Shown piece after piece: positions 27,558 to 38,425 of a stretch of 64,000 nucleotides of DNA (position 1 is the first letter of the stretch; the number at the start of each line of letters is the position of its first letter). Origin of the DNA: an uncultured virus (IMG/VR IMGVR_UViG_3300043958_000209) (Duplodnaviria > Heunggongvirae > Uroviricota > Caudoviricetes); the IMG/VR virus record IMGVR_UViG_3300043958_000209; one strand, written 5' to 3'. The notes below the pieces were generated by a model, which did not search any database, had not been told where the DNA came from, and saw only the letters and a program-made list of their open reading frames with translations. The position numbers were made by a program, and so were the translations under genes.

Positions 27558-28505
27558 TTATTTCACTCTGCTCTTCCAGCCAACCAGAATCAGATTAACA
27601 TTTTGAATCAGTGAGCTGTTCATGGACTGAATAGCAGAAACCGTTGTATCGTACTGATGGGCGATGGCAGAGAGCGTATCGCCTGACTTTACGGTGTAAT
27701 AAACAGGCTGGGGTTCATTATTGACGCCGCACAGCTCGTTCACCTTGGTCTGAACGGAATCATAATCATAACCGGCAGCAGCGAGACGGTTCTTCCAATC
27801 TTCGCCGTTGCCCCAGTTCCCGGCGAGCACTTCCTGCGCCAGCTCATCAACGGTTTTCGAAGCGACGGGAGTAGGAGTATCGTCAGCTGATTTTGAGTAT
27901 CCGTTAAACCTGCCGCCAGTGATGACCGCTGGAAAGTCCTGATAAGACCAGTCCATATCTACGCGGCCATTGATGCCGGGAACGGAGCCATTGGAGCTAT
28001 GCTGCCAGATCCCGCAGGAGTCTTCATAGCTGCAGCCATCGGCCCACTGGGCGCACCAGTAACAGTAACGTTTGCGGACAGCATCCGTCACAACAGATTC
28101 CGCGAAAGATGCAGAGGTATAAAATCCGGCAAAATATCCGGCAGCCTCCAGCCTGTCGCAGAAGGTCTTGATCAGACCAGAGCAGAAATCAGTCCCGGCT
28201 TCGATCTGTTTCTTTTCCTCCATGTCGAGGAAAACAGGATAGTCAAACTGCTTCCCGGCAATAACAGACAGGAACATTTCAGCTTCCTGCGCGGCCTCGG
28301 AAAAGCTGTCTGCATAGCTGTACCAGTAAGCGCCAACGTGAAGTCCGGCAGCTTTTGCCTTCCTATAGTTTTCTTCAAAGTACTTGTCCTTTGAGTTTGT
28401 ACCGTAGCCTGCGCGGATGATCACGCAATCGACTCCGCTGTTCCTGACAGCGTTGAAATCAATCGCACCCTGCCATACCGATATGTCAATTCCTTTTGTA
28501 GTCAT
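27558..28505 (-). CDS. Endolysin: GH25 muramidase, Cpl-7-like repeat and LysM
   Basis: GIDISVWQG, FLDMEE, KTVDELAQEVLAGNWGNG, YTVKSGDTLSAIA. Confidence 0.92.
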   Translation of the reverse strand: MTTKGIDISVWQGAIDFNAVRNSGVDCVIIRAGYGTNSKDKYFEENYRKAKAAGLHVGAYWYSYADSFSEAAQEAEMFLSVIAGKQFDYPVFLDMEEKKQIEAGTDFCSGLIKTFCDRLEAAGYFAGFYTSASFAESVVTDAVRKRYCYWCAQWADGCSYEDSCGIWQHSSNGSVPGINGRVDMDWSYQDFPAVITGGRFNGYSKSADDTPTPVASKTVDELAQEVLAGNWGNGEDWKNRLAAAGYDYDSVQTKVNELCGVNNEPQPVYYTVKSGDTLSAIAHQYDTTVSAIQSMNSSLIQNVNLILVGWKSRVK

Positions 28506-28506
28506 G

Positions 28507-28932
28507 TTATTTTTCCTCCTTATCCGTGTCTTTTTCATCACGGTTATGCAGCTGCTCCAGTACTTCCTTCAGCTTTCCCGGAATCGGAAGTCCAAGGTGG
28601 GCAGCATTTTCAATCAGGGACAGACCTTCATTCGAGATGTAAAAGAAGATGACTGCCGTCCGTAGAACACCGACCTGTCCGAGCACATTGATGTCGATGA
28701 CGTTTGCAATGCCGACCAGAATGAAGATCAGCACCTTGCGGCAGATGCCGCGAAAGCCGACCGCCGAGGAGAGCTTCTTGTCGCTGATTGCGCCCATGAC
28801 ACCGATGATGTAGTCGCAGATGACAAAGATCAGCAGCGCATAGAGCAGGCCGTCGCAACCGCCAAGGAAGTAGCCAAGCCAGCCTCCGACAGCGGCAAAA
28901 ACAAGTTGTAACGAGTTCCAAAATTCTTTCAT
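28507..28932 (-). CDS. Phage holin
   Basis: LGGCDGLLYAL, FFYISNEGLSLIEN, GLPIP motifs, next to the lysin. Confidence 0.9.
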   Translation of the reverse strand: MKEFWNSLQLVFAAVGGWLGYFLGGCDGLLYALLIFVICDYIIGVMGAISDKKLSSAVGFRGICRKVLIFILVGIANVIDINVLGQVGVLRTAVIFFYISNEGLSLIENAAHLGLPIPGKLKEVLEQLHNRDEKDTDKEEK

Positions 28933-29016
28933 GAGTAATTCCTCCTTTGATTTTTGTAAAATAAAAGCTGCCTGCATGATTGCAGACAGCCTTATGAACT
29001 AAATCTGAATATGAAG

Positions 29017-31488
29017 CTATATTTGTTTCGGTAGCGCCTCCCAGAGACGCATATCCTCTTGTCCCAGCGACCACATGGCAAAACCTCTCACACCCCAGCG
29101 GTAGGCTGCTTCATTTGCCCAGTAAATGAGTGAATCCACATCCTGATAGTAGAGGATTGAGAAGCCATCCGCGTCGCCGAGGAATAATCTGGCAATCCAT
29201 ATATTGATATCCATTGGCGTGATGGTCACCATATAGTCGCTTCCGCAGCTCAGGTCAAGCTCATGGGAATGATAGAACTCATAATCGAGCGAGATGTTTT
29301 CACTGCGAGTTGCACTTTCCTCAATATCTGAGGTCACCGTAAAGACCTGAAATTCAGAGTCCCATGTAACATTGCTGCGGCTGATCCTGCCATACTGCGT
29401 GACGGTGCCGTCCGGAAAGGTCACGTCGAAACGCTCATAAGGCTCGTATGTCCAGGCATCGCCCATGCGGAGAAGCTCGCAGACCGTCCGGTGATCTGAC
29501 CGGTAACCTGCATGGCCTCCGGGAAAACCGCTCAAGGTTGCCGTGAAACGGAGCGTGTAAGAGGAACCTGTGTAGATTCTAACCTTGTTTCTTCTGATCC
29601 GCATTTCGACCGTGTACATGGATGGGTCGGTTCTCAGATTGCTGTTCGCAGTCCGTTCGATGGTCTGGCTGTAGCTTCCAAGGAGTGTATTCCCGTAGTA
29701 AAGCTCTACGGCCTGAGAATCAACATTCAGGCAGCAGAACAGGCCGCCACAAAAAACTCCAGCCTTGCCGCTTCCGGATGATGGAAAAGCCAGTCTCGCC
29801 CGCAGGTGGACATCTAAGAAGCCATCATATTGCCATGCCAGCTGCCCGGAGCCGTCAAGTTGTGAGTAGACACGTTCTTCCGAATATTCATCCTCACGCC
29901 AGACCGTCCATGCGCCGGAAAGCGTCTGCCAATAGTTTGTCTTCAGTACGCCGTAGTCACGGAAATCTTCATACCAGATCAGTGCGGAGTCTGGTTTTCT
30001 CCGGAGCATTTCACAGGTAAGCTTGAAAGCCCTGTCCGGCTGGCATTCCTTGCCATCCACATCGATGAAGTGCCGAGGTGATAAGGTAAACCTTGCTTCC
30101 CCGGCAGAGGGTGCTTCCGTAAATGCAGAACAGACCTTGTAGCCATAAAACTGCACATCTTTGACATCGACAGAGACTTTGATGGTATGCGTACCTGGTA
30201 ATAAATTGATTCCGCTGGCAAGCACCGTCCAGAAGGTACTTCTCCAATATGGCCACCAGAGCCTGTTTTCCGAGAAATGCTTCCGATTTCCATCAATAGA
30301 GATATAGATCCCGTTCTTATCCCAGAAGGGATAACAGAGTTTCACGGCGATATCGTAATTCTCTGCAGATGAAACTGAGAAGGTATAACTGGCTGTTCCC
30401 TCATCTCCGAGCGTCAGGACTCCGTTTTCAACTGAGACCACGCCGCTATAACTGCCCCCAGAGGCGTCATGCTCAAAAGTCACGTTATGGAAGGCCGTTT
30501 TCTGTTCTTTGTTGTAGGCAGTTAGATAATTTCTCCGGTTATAGGTTCCGTTCATCAGTGGATATTCAACCTTCGCAGCATCTTTTCCTTCCATAAAGTC
30601 GTAGACCTGTGGCAATGCCCAGGGTACCTTGTCGTAATCGTCCCAGTAGGCCAGAATCGGAATAAATGGCTGTGGCGGCTTATCATCCGTGAAGTTATAC
30701 TTTCCGGTCATCCAATTCTTTGCCGCGTAGTAGGTATTGGAAGTACCACGGTAGGTTTTGCCGAGATTTTCCGGGGTATCATCAATCTGCCAGTTCCAGC
30801 CATATGCTGGGAGACCAAGGAAGACCTTGTCCGGTGTCATTGCCTTAACCGCATAGTCATAGATTCCTTCCAGCCAGTCTCTTGGCGATACCGGGCCGGG
30901 CGCAGAGCCTGCCCATGCCATGCCGTAGCTCATGATGGCTGCGGTATCACAGTAAGGGTTGAGATCAGCATATACGCACCAGTTCTCACCGCCGACCGAC
31001 CCGTTGACAGAAGTCATGCCGGGAAGGCAGATATTCATATGCTTTGTGTTATCGTAGGACTTCACTGTGTTGCAGATCTTTGCAAACATCTGCGTAGAAG
31101 CCGCATGCGTAGAATATCCGTCGCCTCTCTCAAGGTCGATGTCAATCCCGTCACACCACTGGTATTTCTTCATGATGCGGATGACCTCGGAGAGAAAGGT
31201 ATCCTGAGCACCGCTCGTATTCTCACGGATTGCCTTAAAAATGCTGTTTGTACCTTCATTGGATATGGTCAGCAACCATTTAATATGTGGCCACTGATGG
31301 ATGTAGGGTAGCATGTTGGAGATCGCCACACCGGATTCCGTAATGACTCCGGTCTTATCCACCTTAAAGGAAAAGAGTCCGACCTGCGAAATCCTGTCAC
31401 CATACATGGAAAGCGTCTGGTACATACGTGCATTTCCCATAAATGTCCAGACCATGCATCTGCGGCCTTTTAAATAATCTCTGCTCAT
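29017..31488 (-). CDS. GH18 glycosyl hydrolase-domain tail-associated protein
   Basis: GIDIDLE catalytic motif, IMSY, GLPAYG and C-terminal GFAMWSLGQED. Confidence 0.8.
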   Translation of the reverse strand: MSRDYLKGRRCMVWTFMGNARMYQTLSMYGDRISQVGLFSFKVDKTGVITESGVAISNMLPYIHQWPHIKWLLTISNEGTNSIFKAIRENTSGAQDTFLSEVIRIMKKYQWCDGIDIDLERGDGYSTHAASTQMFAKICNTVKSYDNTKHMNICLPGMTSVNGSVGGENWCVYADLNPYCDTAAIMSYGMAWAGSAPGPVSPRDWLEGIYDYAVKAMTPDKVFLGLPAYGWNWQIDDTPENLGKTYRGTSNTYYAAKNWMTGKYNFTDDKPPQPFIPILAYWDDYDKVPWALPQVYDFMEGKDAAKVEYPLMNGTYNRRNYLTAYNKEQKTAFHNVTFEHDASGGSYSGVVSVENGVLTLGDEGTASYTFSVSSAENYDIAVKLCYPFWDKNGIYISIDGNRKHFSENRLWWPYWRSTFWTVLASGINLLPGTHTIKVSVDVKDVQFYGYKVCSAFTEAPSAGEARFTLSPRHFIDVDGKECQPDRAFKLTCEMLRRKPDSALIWYEDFRDYGVLKTNYWQTLSGAWTVWREDEYSEERVYSQLDGSGQLAWQYDGFLDVHLRARLAFPSSGSGKAGVFCGGLFCCLNVDSQAVELYYGNTLLGSYSQTIERTANSNLRTDPSMYTVEMRIRRNKVRIYTGSSYTLRFTATLSGFPGGHAGYRSDHRTVCELLRMGDAWTYEPYERFDVTFPDGTVTQYGRISRSNVTWDSEFQVFTVTSDIEESATRSENISLDYEFYHSHELDLSCGSDYMVTITPMDINIWIARLFLGDADGFSILYYQDVDSLIYWANEAAYRWGVRGFAMWSLGQEDMRLWEALPKQI

Positions 31489-32063
31489 ATTGGATCACTC
31501 CCATCCTGCATTTCCTGAAATTCCACATAAATCCTTGCTGATTTCTTATCCTCAACCGTAATCGGATGTTTGCTGTCACCGGAAGCGGAATATTGAAAGA
31601 AGCCATCCTTTTCTGTTGCTGCGCCATTTTTCATACACTCACGGGTAGAAGCAAAGAGGTCAAATTCATCCCCGGCGTTGGCGGCAACTTTGAAGACTGC
31701 TTTATGTGCACCGGCTCCGAGGGAAAGAGAAATGCTACCTGATTTCATGTTCTGATTCGGATAGATCTTGTAGTCAAGTCCTGCAGCCGTAGAACCCAGA
31801 TTGAAAATAATGCAGTCTGCATTAGAGCGGACGAGGCCGTTATAGAACCGCTTGCCTGTGACATCATTTTCGCCACTACATTTCTTCAGCAATGCATCTG
31901 TATGAGAAACATACCCGGAGAGTTTGTTGCCTTCCTGCAGCATAAGATCGGTAAACCCAATGGTGCCGGTACTGTCAGAGACCAGATACTCTACCGTGAT
32001 GCTGACAATGCGCTTCTTCTGTTTCTTTTCCATTGCCTTTGTAAATCTTGTAAATTCCGGCAT
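31485..32063 (-). CDS. Phage tail-region hypothetical protein
   Basis: ORF coupled to both neighbours. Start set at MPEFTRF. Confidence 0.7.
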   Translation of the reverse strand: MPEFTRFTKAMEKKQKKRIVSITVEYLVSDSTGTIGFTDLMLQEGNKLSGYVSHTDALLKKCSGENDVTGKRFYNGLVRSNADCIIFNLGSTAAGLDYKIYPNQNMKSGSISLSLGAGAHKAVFKVAANAGDEFDLFASTRECMKNGAATEKDGFFQYSASGDSKHPITVEDKKSARIYVEFQEMQDGSDPI

Positions 32064-32254
32064 TATCCATCCTCCGTCCACTTTATCTCGCTGACATGGC
32101 CTACCCACCCGGTCGCGATGGAGCCGCCCTGAAGAAACATGTCAGTGATGTAAAGCGTCCCGGTGCAGTCCGTCACGCAGATGCGGATGGTGATTTTCTT
32201 TACCCGCTCACCCTGCGGATTTACAGCTTGTGCCGTATGCGTAAAACTTGCCAT
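32063..32254 (-). CDS. Small phage tail-region protein
   Basis: AGGAGG RBS. DCTGTLYITDMFLQGG resembles the N-terminal part of the next gene. Confidence 0.7.
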   Translation of the reverse strand: MASFTHTAQAVNPQGERVKKITIRICVTDCTGTLYITDMFLQGGSIATGWVGHVSEIKWTEDG

Positions 32255-32265
32255 AACGCCTCCTT

Positions 32266-33630
32266 TCAGAGCAGATCGATAAATCGTGTCTCCGTGGTTC
32301 CGTCTTCATATTCGAAGGTGACCTCAATCCCTACCTGACCATTCTCGCCTTTCTTCAGATTTTCCGATGCAATCTGGCAGGAGAAGGTATAGCTTTCCCT
32401 GTTGGCAGGTGTTATGGTTTGCATCAGACTTTTTGTCGTATTCAGCGCTCCTTCGCATTTGAAAGAAGCCATCCCAGACACGCCATTCTCTGCATCCACA
32501 GAAAAGCCGGAATTTTGCCAATACTTAAGCCCGGAATCTGCCCTGGAGTTTCGCAGGTGATTAAATGGAACCAGATCCTTTATTTCCTGGCTGTCCACGA
32601 GATTTGCACCGGCCAGCGTATCGGCGGCAAAGTCCCACTGGGCGGAGGAATCACCGAGTTCACGAAGGGTTGTGGAAAGTTCCAGAACCGTGTTCCAAGG
32701 CTCCAGCAGGTTATATTCCCTCCGGACGATTCTTGTCTTGATGCTGAGGCCTAGTTCATCGTCCTTTACCGTTACGATGTCCCCAAGTTTCCACGTTTCA
32801 TGCGCATATCCGGTCAACACAGACAGGTCCACCGCATTCAGCACATAGGAAATACGAGGCGATGCATAGTCCGCCAGCCGCATCTGGGTATATTCTTTCA
32901 TCTGGTAAGGATTCGTGAAGTTCGAACAGTCCAGTGTGGACACCCGGATTTCACTGGTATAGGTGCTATCCTCGACATACTCCCTGCCGCCATTGATGGA
33001 AGCAAAGGTCAAGCCGTCTTTTCCATAGGCATAGAGCCTTGTTATCAGGCTTTCTGTATCAATTACGCGTTTAATGGATTTCATGTTCTTCCGGTAACAG
33101 AAAAGTGCCCCGGAATCTGCCCCGCTGAAAGTGAGAAGACTTACGGTATGATTGGTATTATCAAAGATGAGGTCCCCGCCATGAAGATCCTGCACCTTTC
33201 TAAGGATTGCCAGCGTGTTCTTCTCACTGCAAGTCCAGGTACGTTTCGTCCTGACATTTACGGTCCCGAGTGTCCAACCGGTGTCTTTCATTGCGTAAGC
33301 CATCGGGACATCTGCGGTATCCGCATTAAAAGAGAACTCCGCTTTTTTCTCTGAAAAGCCAAGATCATAAAAGGCCGCTTCCGCATAGACGGAAGTTATA
33401 GCAGCGCCCTGTTCCTTCTTTTCATCGGTGACGGTACGGATGCGATAGATATCTTTTCCAGCGCGGATCTGTTTTTCATTTTCGATGTATTTTCTCTTTT
33501 CATCCTGAAACGGCAATGAAAATGCTGCAGTATCAACGCCATTGATCTCACCTGTCACGATGATATCATAGGCATTCTCAAGTACCTCATCCGGACTGCC
33601 GTTTTTATCCAGAAGAATCAGTTTTTCCAT
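32266..33630 (-). CDS. Phage tail (Tal/endopeptidase-like) protein
   Basis: ITRLYAYGKDGL and LGDIVTVKD motifs, after Dit. Confidence 0.8.
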   Translation of the reverse strand: MEKLILLDKNGSPDEVLENAYDIIVTGEINGVDTAAFSLPFQDEKRKYIENEKQIRAGKDIYRIRTVTDEKKEQGAAITSVYAEAAFYDLGFSEKKAEFSFNADTADVPMAYAMKDTGWTLGTVNVRTKRTWTCSEKNTLAILRKVQDLHGGDLIFDNTNHTVSLLTFSGADSGALFCYRKNMKSIKRVIDTESLITRLYAYGKDGLTFASINGGREYVEDSTYTSEIRVSTLDCSNFTNPYQMKEYTQMRLADYASPRISYVLNAVDLSVLTGYAHETWKLGDIVTVKDDELGLSIKTRIVRREYNLLEPWNTVLELSTTLRELGDSSAQWDFAADTLAGANLVDSQEIKDLVPFNHLRNSRADSGLKYWQNSGFSVDAENGVSGMASFKCEGALNTTKSLMQTITPANRESYTFSCQIASENLKKGENGQVGIEVTFEYEDGTTETRFIDLL

Positions 33631-33632
33631 CT

Positions 33633-35537
33633 TTACCTCCATCTGCTCTTGGCCCTGATGACCAGTTTTTTAAAGGATGACTTTCCCGGAACGGAAAGGC
33701 GGATACTCTTAAATTTCGGTGTTTTAGCGGTATCCGAAGTTGTAAGCGTCACCCGAAAACGGATGTAATTTGCAGATACAGATTGAATTTTATCTTCCAC
33801 ATCCGGCGCAGCCCATTCACTCCATGTGATCAAATCATCCGAAGTGGAAGTCTCGGCCATTACACCCGTTCCTTCCGGCTGTTCTGAGTCAACGGAAAGA
33901 TAACATGCCCCGATAATGCCATAGGAAACAGCTTTTGTTGTAAGAATTCCGCTTGCCGGATAGACACCTCCGGATGCCTTTAGGATGACCGCGCCAGCAG
34001 TTGTCAGTCCATCCACATCCGATGCGGAATCTGCCGCATTGGCAAATAGGGACGCCTTAAACCACGAAGCGATCTCTTCTGCGGTCAGGCTAAAGTCACA
34101 GTCTATAAACCAGTCATCAAAGTTTCCTGAGTACCAGTAGGAATCGGCGTGCATGCCCCAGATAAGGTCCGCCGTACAGGAACGGTTCAGTTCCCCGGTA
34201 AACTGAACCACTTCCGATATCCAGGTCTCCCCAGACGTTCTGCTGCCAAGGACATACTGGGCTGTTTTATCGTTCGGTTTGATCAGGCATACAAGGAAAT
34301 ACCACTCCCCGTTGCTTAGGGAAAAGGAAGGAGAGAAATCCTGATCAAGAATCAGCGTCCCAGAAGCATCATAGAGCATCAGCCTTGGTTTTCCGGAGTG
34401 CAGCGACAGATAAAAGATCGGTTGTCCTGGCCCATAGCGGGTATTCAGCAAAGGTGTAAAGGTATTTCCGACCGAGTAGGTGGTCGGCATAAACCAGCCA
34501 CCAACAGCGACCGTCTTCCCGAGGGAAGAAAACAGCGTGTTATCATTGGCCACTTTGAGATATGTTTTCTCTGTTAGTGGATTGTTGATGTTTATCCGAA
34601 ACGATCGTCCCAAATGTCCTGTCTGCAGAGAGACGGTAGTACCGCTCCAGTTCTGGACAAAAGCCTTTCTGCCTTTGCTGGACGAATCAGACAAGCAGGT
34701 GTCCGCATCCGGCGCGGATTCATTGAACCGACAGAGACCATCCGGCCCCCAGACATCCGGGACTTGCCCGGTAAAATTATCCTGAGTGTCCAGACCTGTC
34801 ACCGTCTGTCCTGCACCATCATCTGCCTCAATCACTATGGTGTTCGTACCCGGCTTAAAAAATGGAAAATCCATAGCGGACAGCAGGGGCAGCCCATTTC
34901 GAAGCATATTTCCACCTGCATCGATCACCTTTGCCGTCATAAGCGAGGAGTCGATGACAAGAATTTCGTTTTCCGAAAGAGGTCCCTCTTCCTGCATTAT
35001 TTTCCCATTTGTGTTAAGAACTACATGCTTTTCCTTGGGAAGATCTGCAGTAAGAGAATATACCGGCAGAGAGCTTGCGTTTCCAAGATCTCGTATGACT
35101 TCATGCGTTCCGGTTTCTGTGATTTCATAACACTCATCTTCTTTTGCATAGGCATAAGGGTCGGGGCAGAAAAAGACAAGGTCAAAGGTGCAGGAATTGC
35201 GCACGGCCTTATCAAAGGAAAAGCCGCCTTCCAGTCTTGCCTGATAGATCCGTCCCGGTTCTTTGTCGAGAATCAACGGGCAAAGCCCAATATCAGGATT
35301 CAACCATGCAATAATCTCATCCTTCCGTGTAAGGAAATCCGCGTCACCTTTTCCGGGCGGGATGAAGCAGGAAATCTCGATCTTCCGTTCTCCGATGGTT
35401 TCGCCGAAATCAAAGATGCCTTCGCGGCCCGAAACCGTGATGGTATGGTTAGTAAAATCCGGCATCCGGTTTTCCTTTGTCATACGCGTGGCAAGTCCGA
35501 AACTCTGCGACGTCCTGCTATTAAATGTAAAGCCCAT
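33633..35537 (-). CDS. Distal tail protein (Dit) with an inserted LamG/ConA-like domain
   Basis: MGFTFN start, FFCPDPYAY, long beta-rich insert, ...AKSRWR end. Confidence 0.75.
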   Translation of the reverse strand: MGFTFNSRTSQSFGLATRMTKENRMPDFTNHTITVSGREGIFDFGETIGERKIEISCFIPPGKGDADFLTRKDEIIAWLNPDIGLCPLILDKEPGRIYQARLEGGFSFDKAVRNSCTFDLVFFCPDPYAYAKEDECYEITETGTHEVIRDLGNASSLPVYSLTADLPKEKHVVLNTNGKIMQEEGPLSENEILVIDSSLMTAKVIDAGGNMLRNGLPLLSAMDFPFFKPGTNTIVIEADDGAGQTVTGLDTQDNFTGQVPDVWGPDGLCRFNESAPDADTCLSDSSSKGRKAFVQNWSGTTVSLQTGHLGRSFRININNPLTEKTYLKVANDNTLFSSLGKTVAVGGWFMPTTYSVGNTFTPLLNTRYGPGQPIFYLSLHSGKPRLMLYDASGTLILDQDFSPSFSLSNGEWYFLVCLIKPNDKTAQYVLGSRTSGETWISEVVQFTGELNRSCTADLIWGMHADSYWYSGNFDDWFIDCDFSLTAEEIASWFKASLFANAADSASDVDGLTTAGAVILKASGGVYPASGILTTKAVSYGIIGACYLSVDSEQPEGTGVMAETSTSDDLITWSEWAAPDVEDKIQSVSANYIRFRVTLTTSDTAKTPKFKSIRLSVPGKSSFKKLVIRAKSRWR

Positions 35538-38239
35538 CAGATCACCGTTCCTTTCGCCCGCCTACTTCCTGTCAGCAGATTGTTTAACTGCTGGGAAATT
35601 CTGCGGATATCATCGTCATTTCTAACGTTCATTTCCTGAATGTTGATAAGCGGCTGCTCACCGGATGCTATAGAGGCAGTGCTACTCACGGCATCTTTGA
35701 TCATAGAGCGAAGCGAATTTACGCCGACGACGGCTTCCGCACCGGCCTCGCCTCCGGCAAGCAGGCTGTTTCCGCTCATCCCGAAGATGGTCGGCGAATC
35801 CAGAATCATGCCGTTTCCCATTGCCTTCTTATACCAGTCCACAGAAAAATACGGGATGGACGGCGGGTTGAGCGAGAAGCTGCCGGAAATGGAGAAGTGC
35901 GGCAGTTTAATCTTTGGCAGTTCCCAGTTGAAATTGAAGATGCCCTTGAGCTTATCTACAATTCCGGATACAAAGCTCCAGATGCCGTTGAACACGCTGC
36001 TGAACACATCCTTAATGCCGTTCAGGATTCCGGAGATTGTATTATGGATTGCGTTGAAGGCTGTGGAGATGCCGGTCTGCATGGCATTCACAACGCCCAT
36101 GACCACACTCTTGATGCCGTTCCAAACGGTGGTGAAAACTGTACGGATTGCATTGAAAACCGTGCTGGTAACCGTCTGGATGGTATTCCATGCCGTTGTA
36201 ATAAAGGTCTGAATCGCGCTGACCACTGTGGTTATGACTGCTTTTATTGCGTTCCAGATGGCAGTGACAACAACACTGATTGCCGTCAGAACGGTTGTAA
36301 TGATCGTTTTATAAAATTCAAAATAGGTCGTCACGACGAGCTGGATCGCGGTAAAGATGGTTTCAAAGAAAGTCTTGATTCCGTTCCAGATTGTAGAGAT
36401 TACCGTCTGGATTGCCGTCATGACGGTTTCAACCGTGGTCTTGATCGTGTTCCATGCATTCGTCAGGAACGTGCCGATGGCAGTGACGACGGTCGTGAAT
36501 ACCGTCTGGATTGCCTGCCATGTGGCAACAAAGAAATCCTTGATTGCCGTGAACACGGTAATGACAGTCTGCTTGATGCCTTCCCAGAGGTCGATCCAGA
36601 ACTGCCGGAAGCCGTCGCAGTTATTCCAAAGATAAATGAATGCCGCGACCAGCGCAGCGATTGCCGCAATAATCAGGATGATCGGGTTTGCCAGCATGAC
36701 CGCGTTCAAGGCTCCGAACACCGGAGTAAGGGTGCCGATGACAGAAGTAATGGTACCGACAGCCGAGATGACCTTGCCGATGACCACCAGAAGCGGCCCG
36801 ATTGCAGCTGCAATCAGCGCGACCTTGATGATGACCTGCTGTACCGGTTCTGGGATGCCGTTCCAGATCTGCGAGAATGATTTCAGGGCATTGGAGATGT
36901 CCTTCAGCACCGGTGCAAGAACGGAAGCAAGGCTGTTTCCGATGTCGGCTCCGGTTTTCTTCAGGGAGTTTATGGTCATCTTGAACTGGTCAATCGGGTC
37001 GAGCGTTTCATTGAAGGTGTTCTCGACGCTTCCGGAAAAGTTGCCGAGGGAGCCGGACAGATTGTCAAGGTTCAGCTTTCCCGTTGCGCAGGCATTGTAG
37101 ATTGCCACGCCTGCCTTACTTCCGAAAAGGTCGTAGGCAGCCTGCAGCTTTTCTGTTTCAGAGCCGTTGCCCTTCATGGTGGCGGAGAAACCGGCAATCG
37201 CCTGATCCAGCGTCTTGCTGTCCTTCGTCGCGTTCTTCATGGCGGTCTTTAGGCCCATCATGGCTGCCGAGGTATCAAGACCGGACATCTCGACCATGCC
37301 CATGAAGCCTGCGGCCTGCTGTGAATTCAGCCCCAGCTCTTTAAGCTGCACTGCGTTTGTCTGCAGAGCGGAAGCCAGCGTATCCATGTCGATGCCGGTT
37401 GCCTGTCCGGTCGCATTCATGGCATCCAGCAGGTCGCCCGCGTCCGAAGTATCCTGCCCGAAGGCATTCAGAACGCCGGAGACATTGTCCACAGAGGTAG
37501 AAACATCCGTATTGTTCAGGTCAGCAAACTTGATGAACTTCCCGGAGAGATCGTCCAACGCCTGTCCGGTCAAGCCAAAACGTGTATTGACTTCGCCGAC
37601 AGCGGCACCGGCAGTCTCAAAGTCGGTCGGAATTTCCGTCGCAAGGTCTTTGACGGTCTGGTTCATATCTTTCAGCGCCTGACCAGTTGCGCCGGTTTTC
37701 TGTTCGACGATATCAAGGCCGGAATCCACCTCGCTGAAAGCAGCCAGAGAGGCCGCGCCGACCGCCACAATCGGAGCCGTCACGTGTGTAGTCAGCCCTT
37801 CACCGACCCCGGATATTTTGTCGCCTACCTTCTGCATCTTGCTGCCAGCCTGCTTTAAGGTGGCGGAGATGCTGGTATCAGTTTTTTTACATTGCTGCTC
37901 CAGATCCTTTAGTTCCTGCTCGGTGGCGATGATCTCACGTTGCCATGCATCATACTGTTCCTGTGTGACGGAGCCGTTTTTCAGGCCCGTGTCCATCTGA
38001 TCCTGCACAGATTTTAACTGCGTAAGTTTATCTTTTGTCTCGCCGACTGCCTGTGACAGGAGTTTTTGTTTTTGTGAGAGCAGATCGGAATTGGTAGGGT
38101 CGAGCTTTAACAGGCGGTTGACGTCCGTGAGCTGTGACTGTGTGTTTTTTATCTCCTTGTTGACACCGGAGAGGGCTTTGGAAAGGCCGGTCGTATCGCC
38201 GCCGATTTCTACTGTGATTCCTTTGATTCTGTCAGCCAT
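35537..38239 (-). CDS. Tail tape measure protein
   Basis: RIKGITVEIGGDTTGL start, periodic W/F amphipathic repeats, GEAGAEAV. Confidence 0.92.
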   Translation of the reverse strand: MADRIKGITVEIGGDTTGLSKALSGVNKEIKNTQSQLTDVNRLLKLDPTNSDLLSQKQKLLSQAVGETKDKLTQLKSVQDQMDTGLKNGSVTQEQYDAWQREIIATEQELKDLEQQCKKTDTSISATLKQAGSKMQKVGDKISGVGEGLTTHVTAPIVAVGAASLAAFSEVDSGLDIVEQKTGATGQALKDMNQTVKDLATEIPTDFETAGAAVGEVNTRFGLTGQALDDLSGKFIKFADLNNTDVSTSVDNVSGVLNAFGQDTSDAGDLLDAMNATGQATGIDMDTLASALQTNAVQLKELGLNSQQAAGFMGMVEMSGLDTSAAMMGLKTAMKNATKDSKTLDQAIAGFSATMKGNGSETEKLQAAYDLFGSKAGVAIYNACATGKLNLDNLSGSLGNFSGSVENTFNETLDPIDQFKMTINSLKKTGADIGNSLASVLAPVLKDISNALKSFSQIWNGIPEPVQQVIIKVALIAAAIGPLLVVIGKVISAVGTITSVIGTLTPVFGALNAVMLANPIILIIAAIAALVAAFIYLWNNCDGFRQFWIDLWEGIKQTVITVFTAIKDFFVATWQAIQTVFTTVVTAIGTFLTNAWNTIKTTVETVMTAIQTVISTIWNGIKTFFETIFTAIQLVVTTYFEFYKTIITTVLTAISVVVTAIWNAIKAVITTVVSAIQTFITTAWNTIQTVTSTVFNAIRTVFTTVWNGIKSVVMGVVNAMQTGISTAFNAIHNTISGILNGIKDVFSSVFNGIWSFVSGIVDKLKGIFNFNWELPKIKLPHFSISGSFSLNPPSIPYFSVDWYKKAMGNGMILDSPTIFGMSGNSLLAGGEAGAEAVVGVNSLRSMIKDAVSSTASIASGEQPLINIQEMNVRNDDDIRRISQQLNNLLTGSRRAKGTVI

Positions 38240-38260
38240 GCGATGACCTCCTTCCCTTGG

Positions 38261-38425
38261 TTAAAATTGATCCATCTGTTCCTGCGTCGCTTTTGCGGGC
38301 CAGTCGTAGTTGTCGTTACTCATTTCTGAGTACATGTCATTGACCGTACCGATGGTGAGCAGGTCGAGCTCGGAAATAGAAAGCCCGATCTGCACACAGC
38401 GGAGCAGGAACAGTGGCGTCGTCAT
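38261..38425 (-). CDS. Tail assembly chaperone C-terminal (gpT-like) ORF, probably reached by -1 frameshift
   Basis: MTTPLFLLRCVQIGLSISELDLLTIG...QMDQF*, in the -1 frame and open from the slippery site A AAA AAC (38452-38446). Confidence 0.75.
   Translation of the reverse strand: MTTPLFLLRCVQIGLSISELDLLTIGTVNDMYSEMSNDNYDWPAKATQEQMDQF

Noticed and set aside
35950..36650. Periodic repeats in the tape measure gene
   Set aside because: Ordinary amphipathic W/F repeats of tape measure proteins
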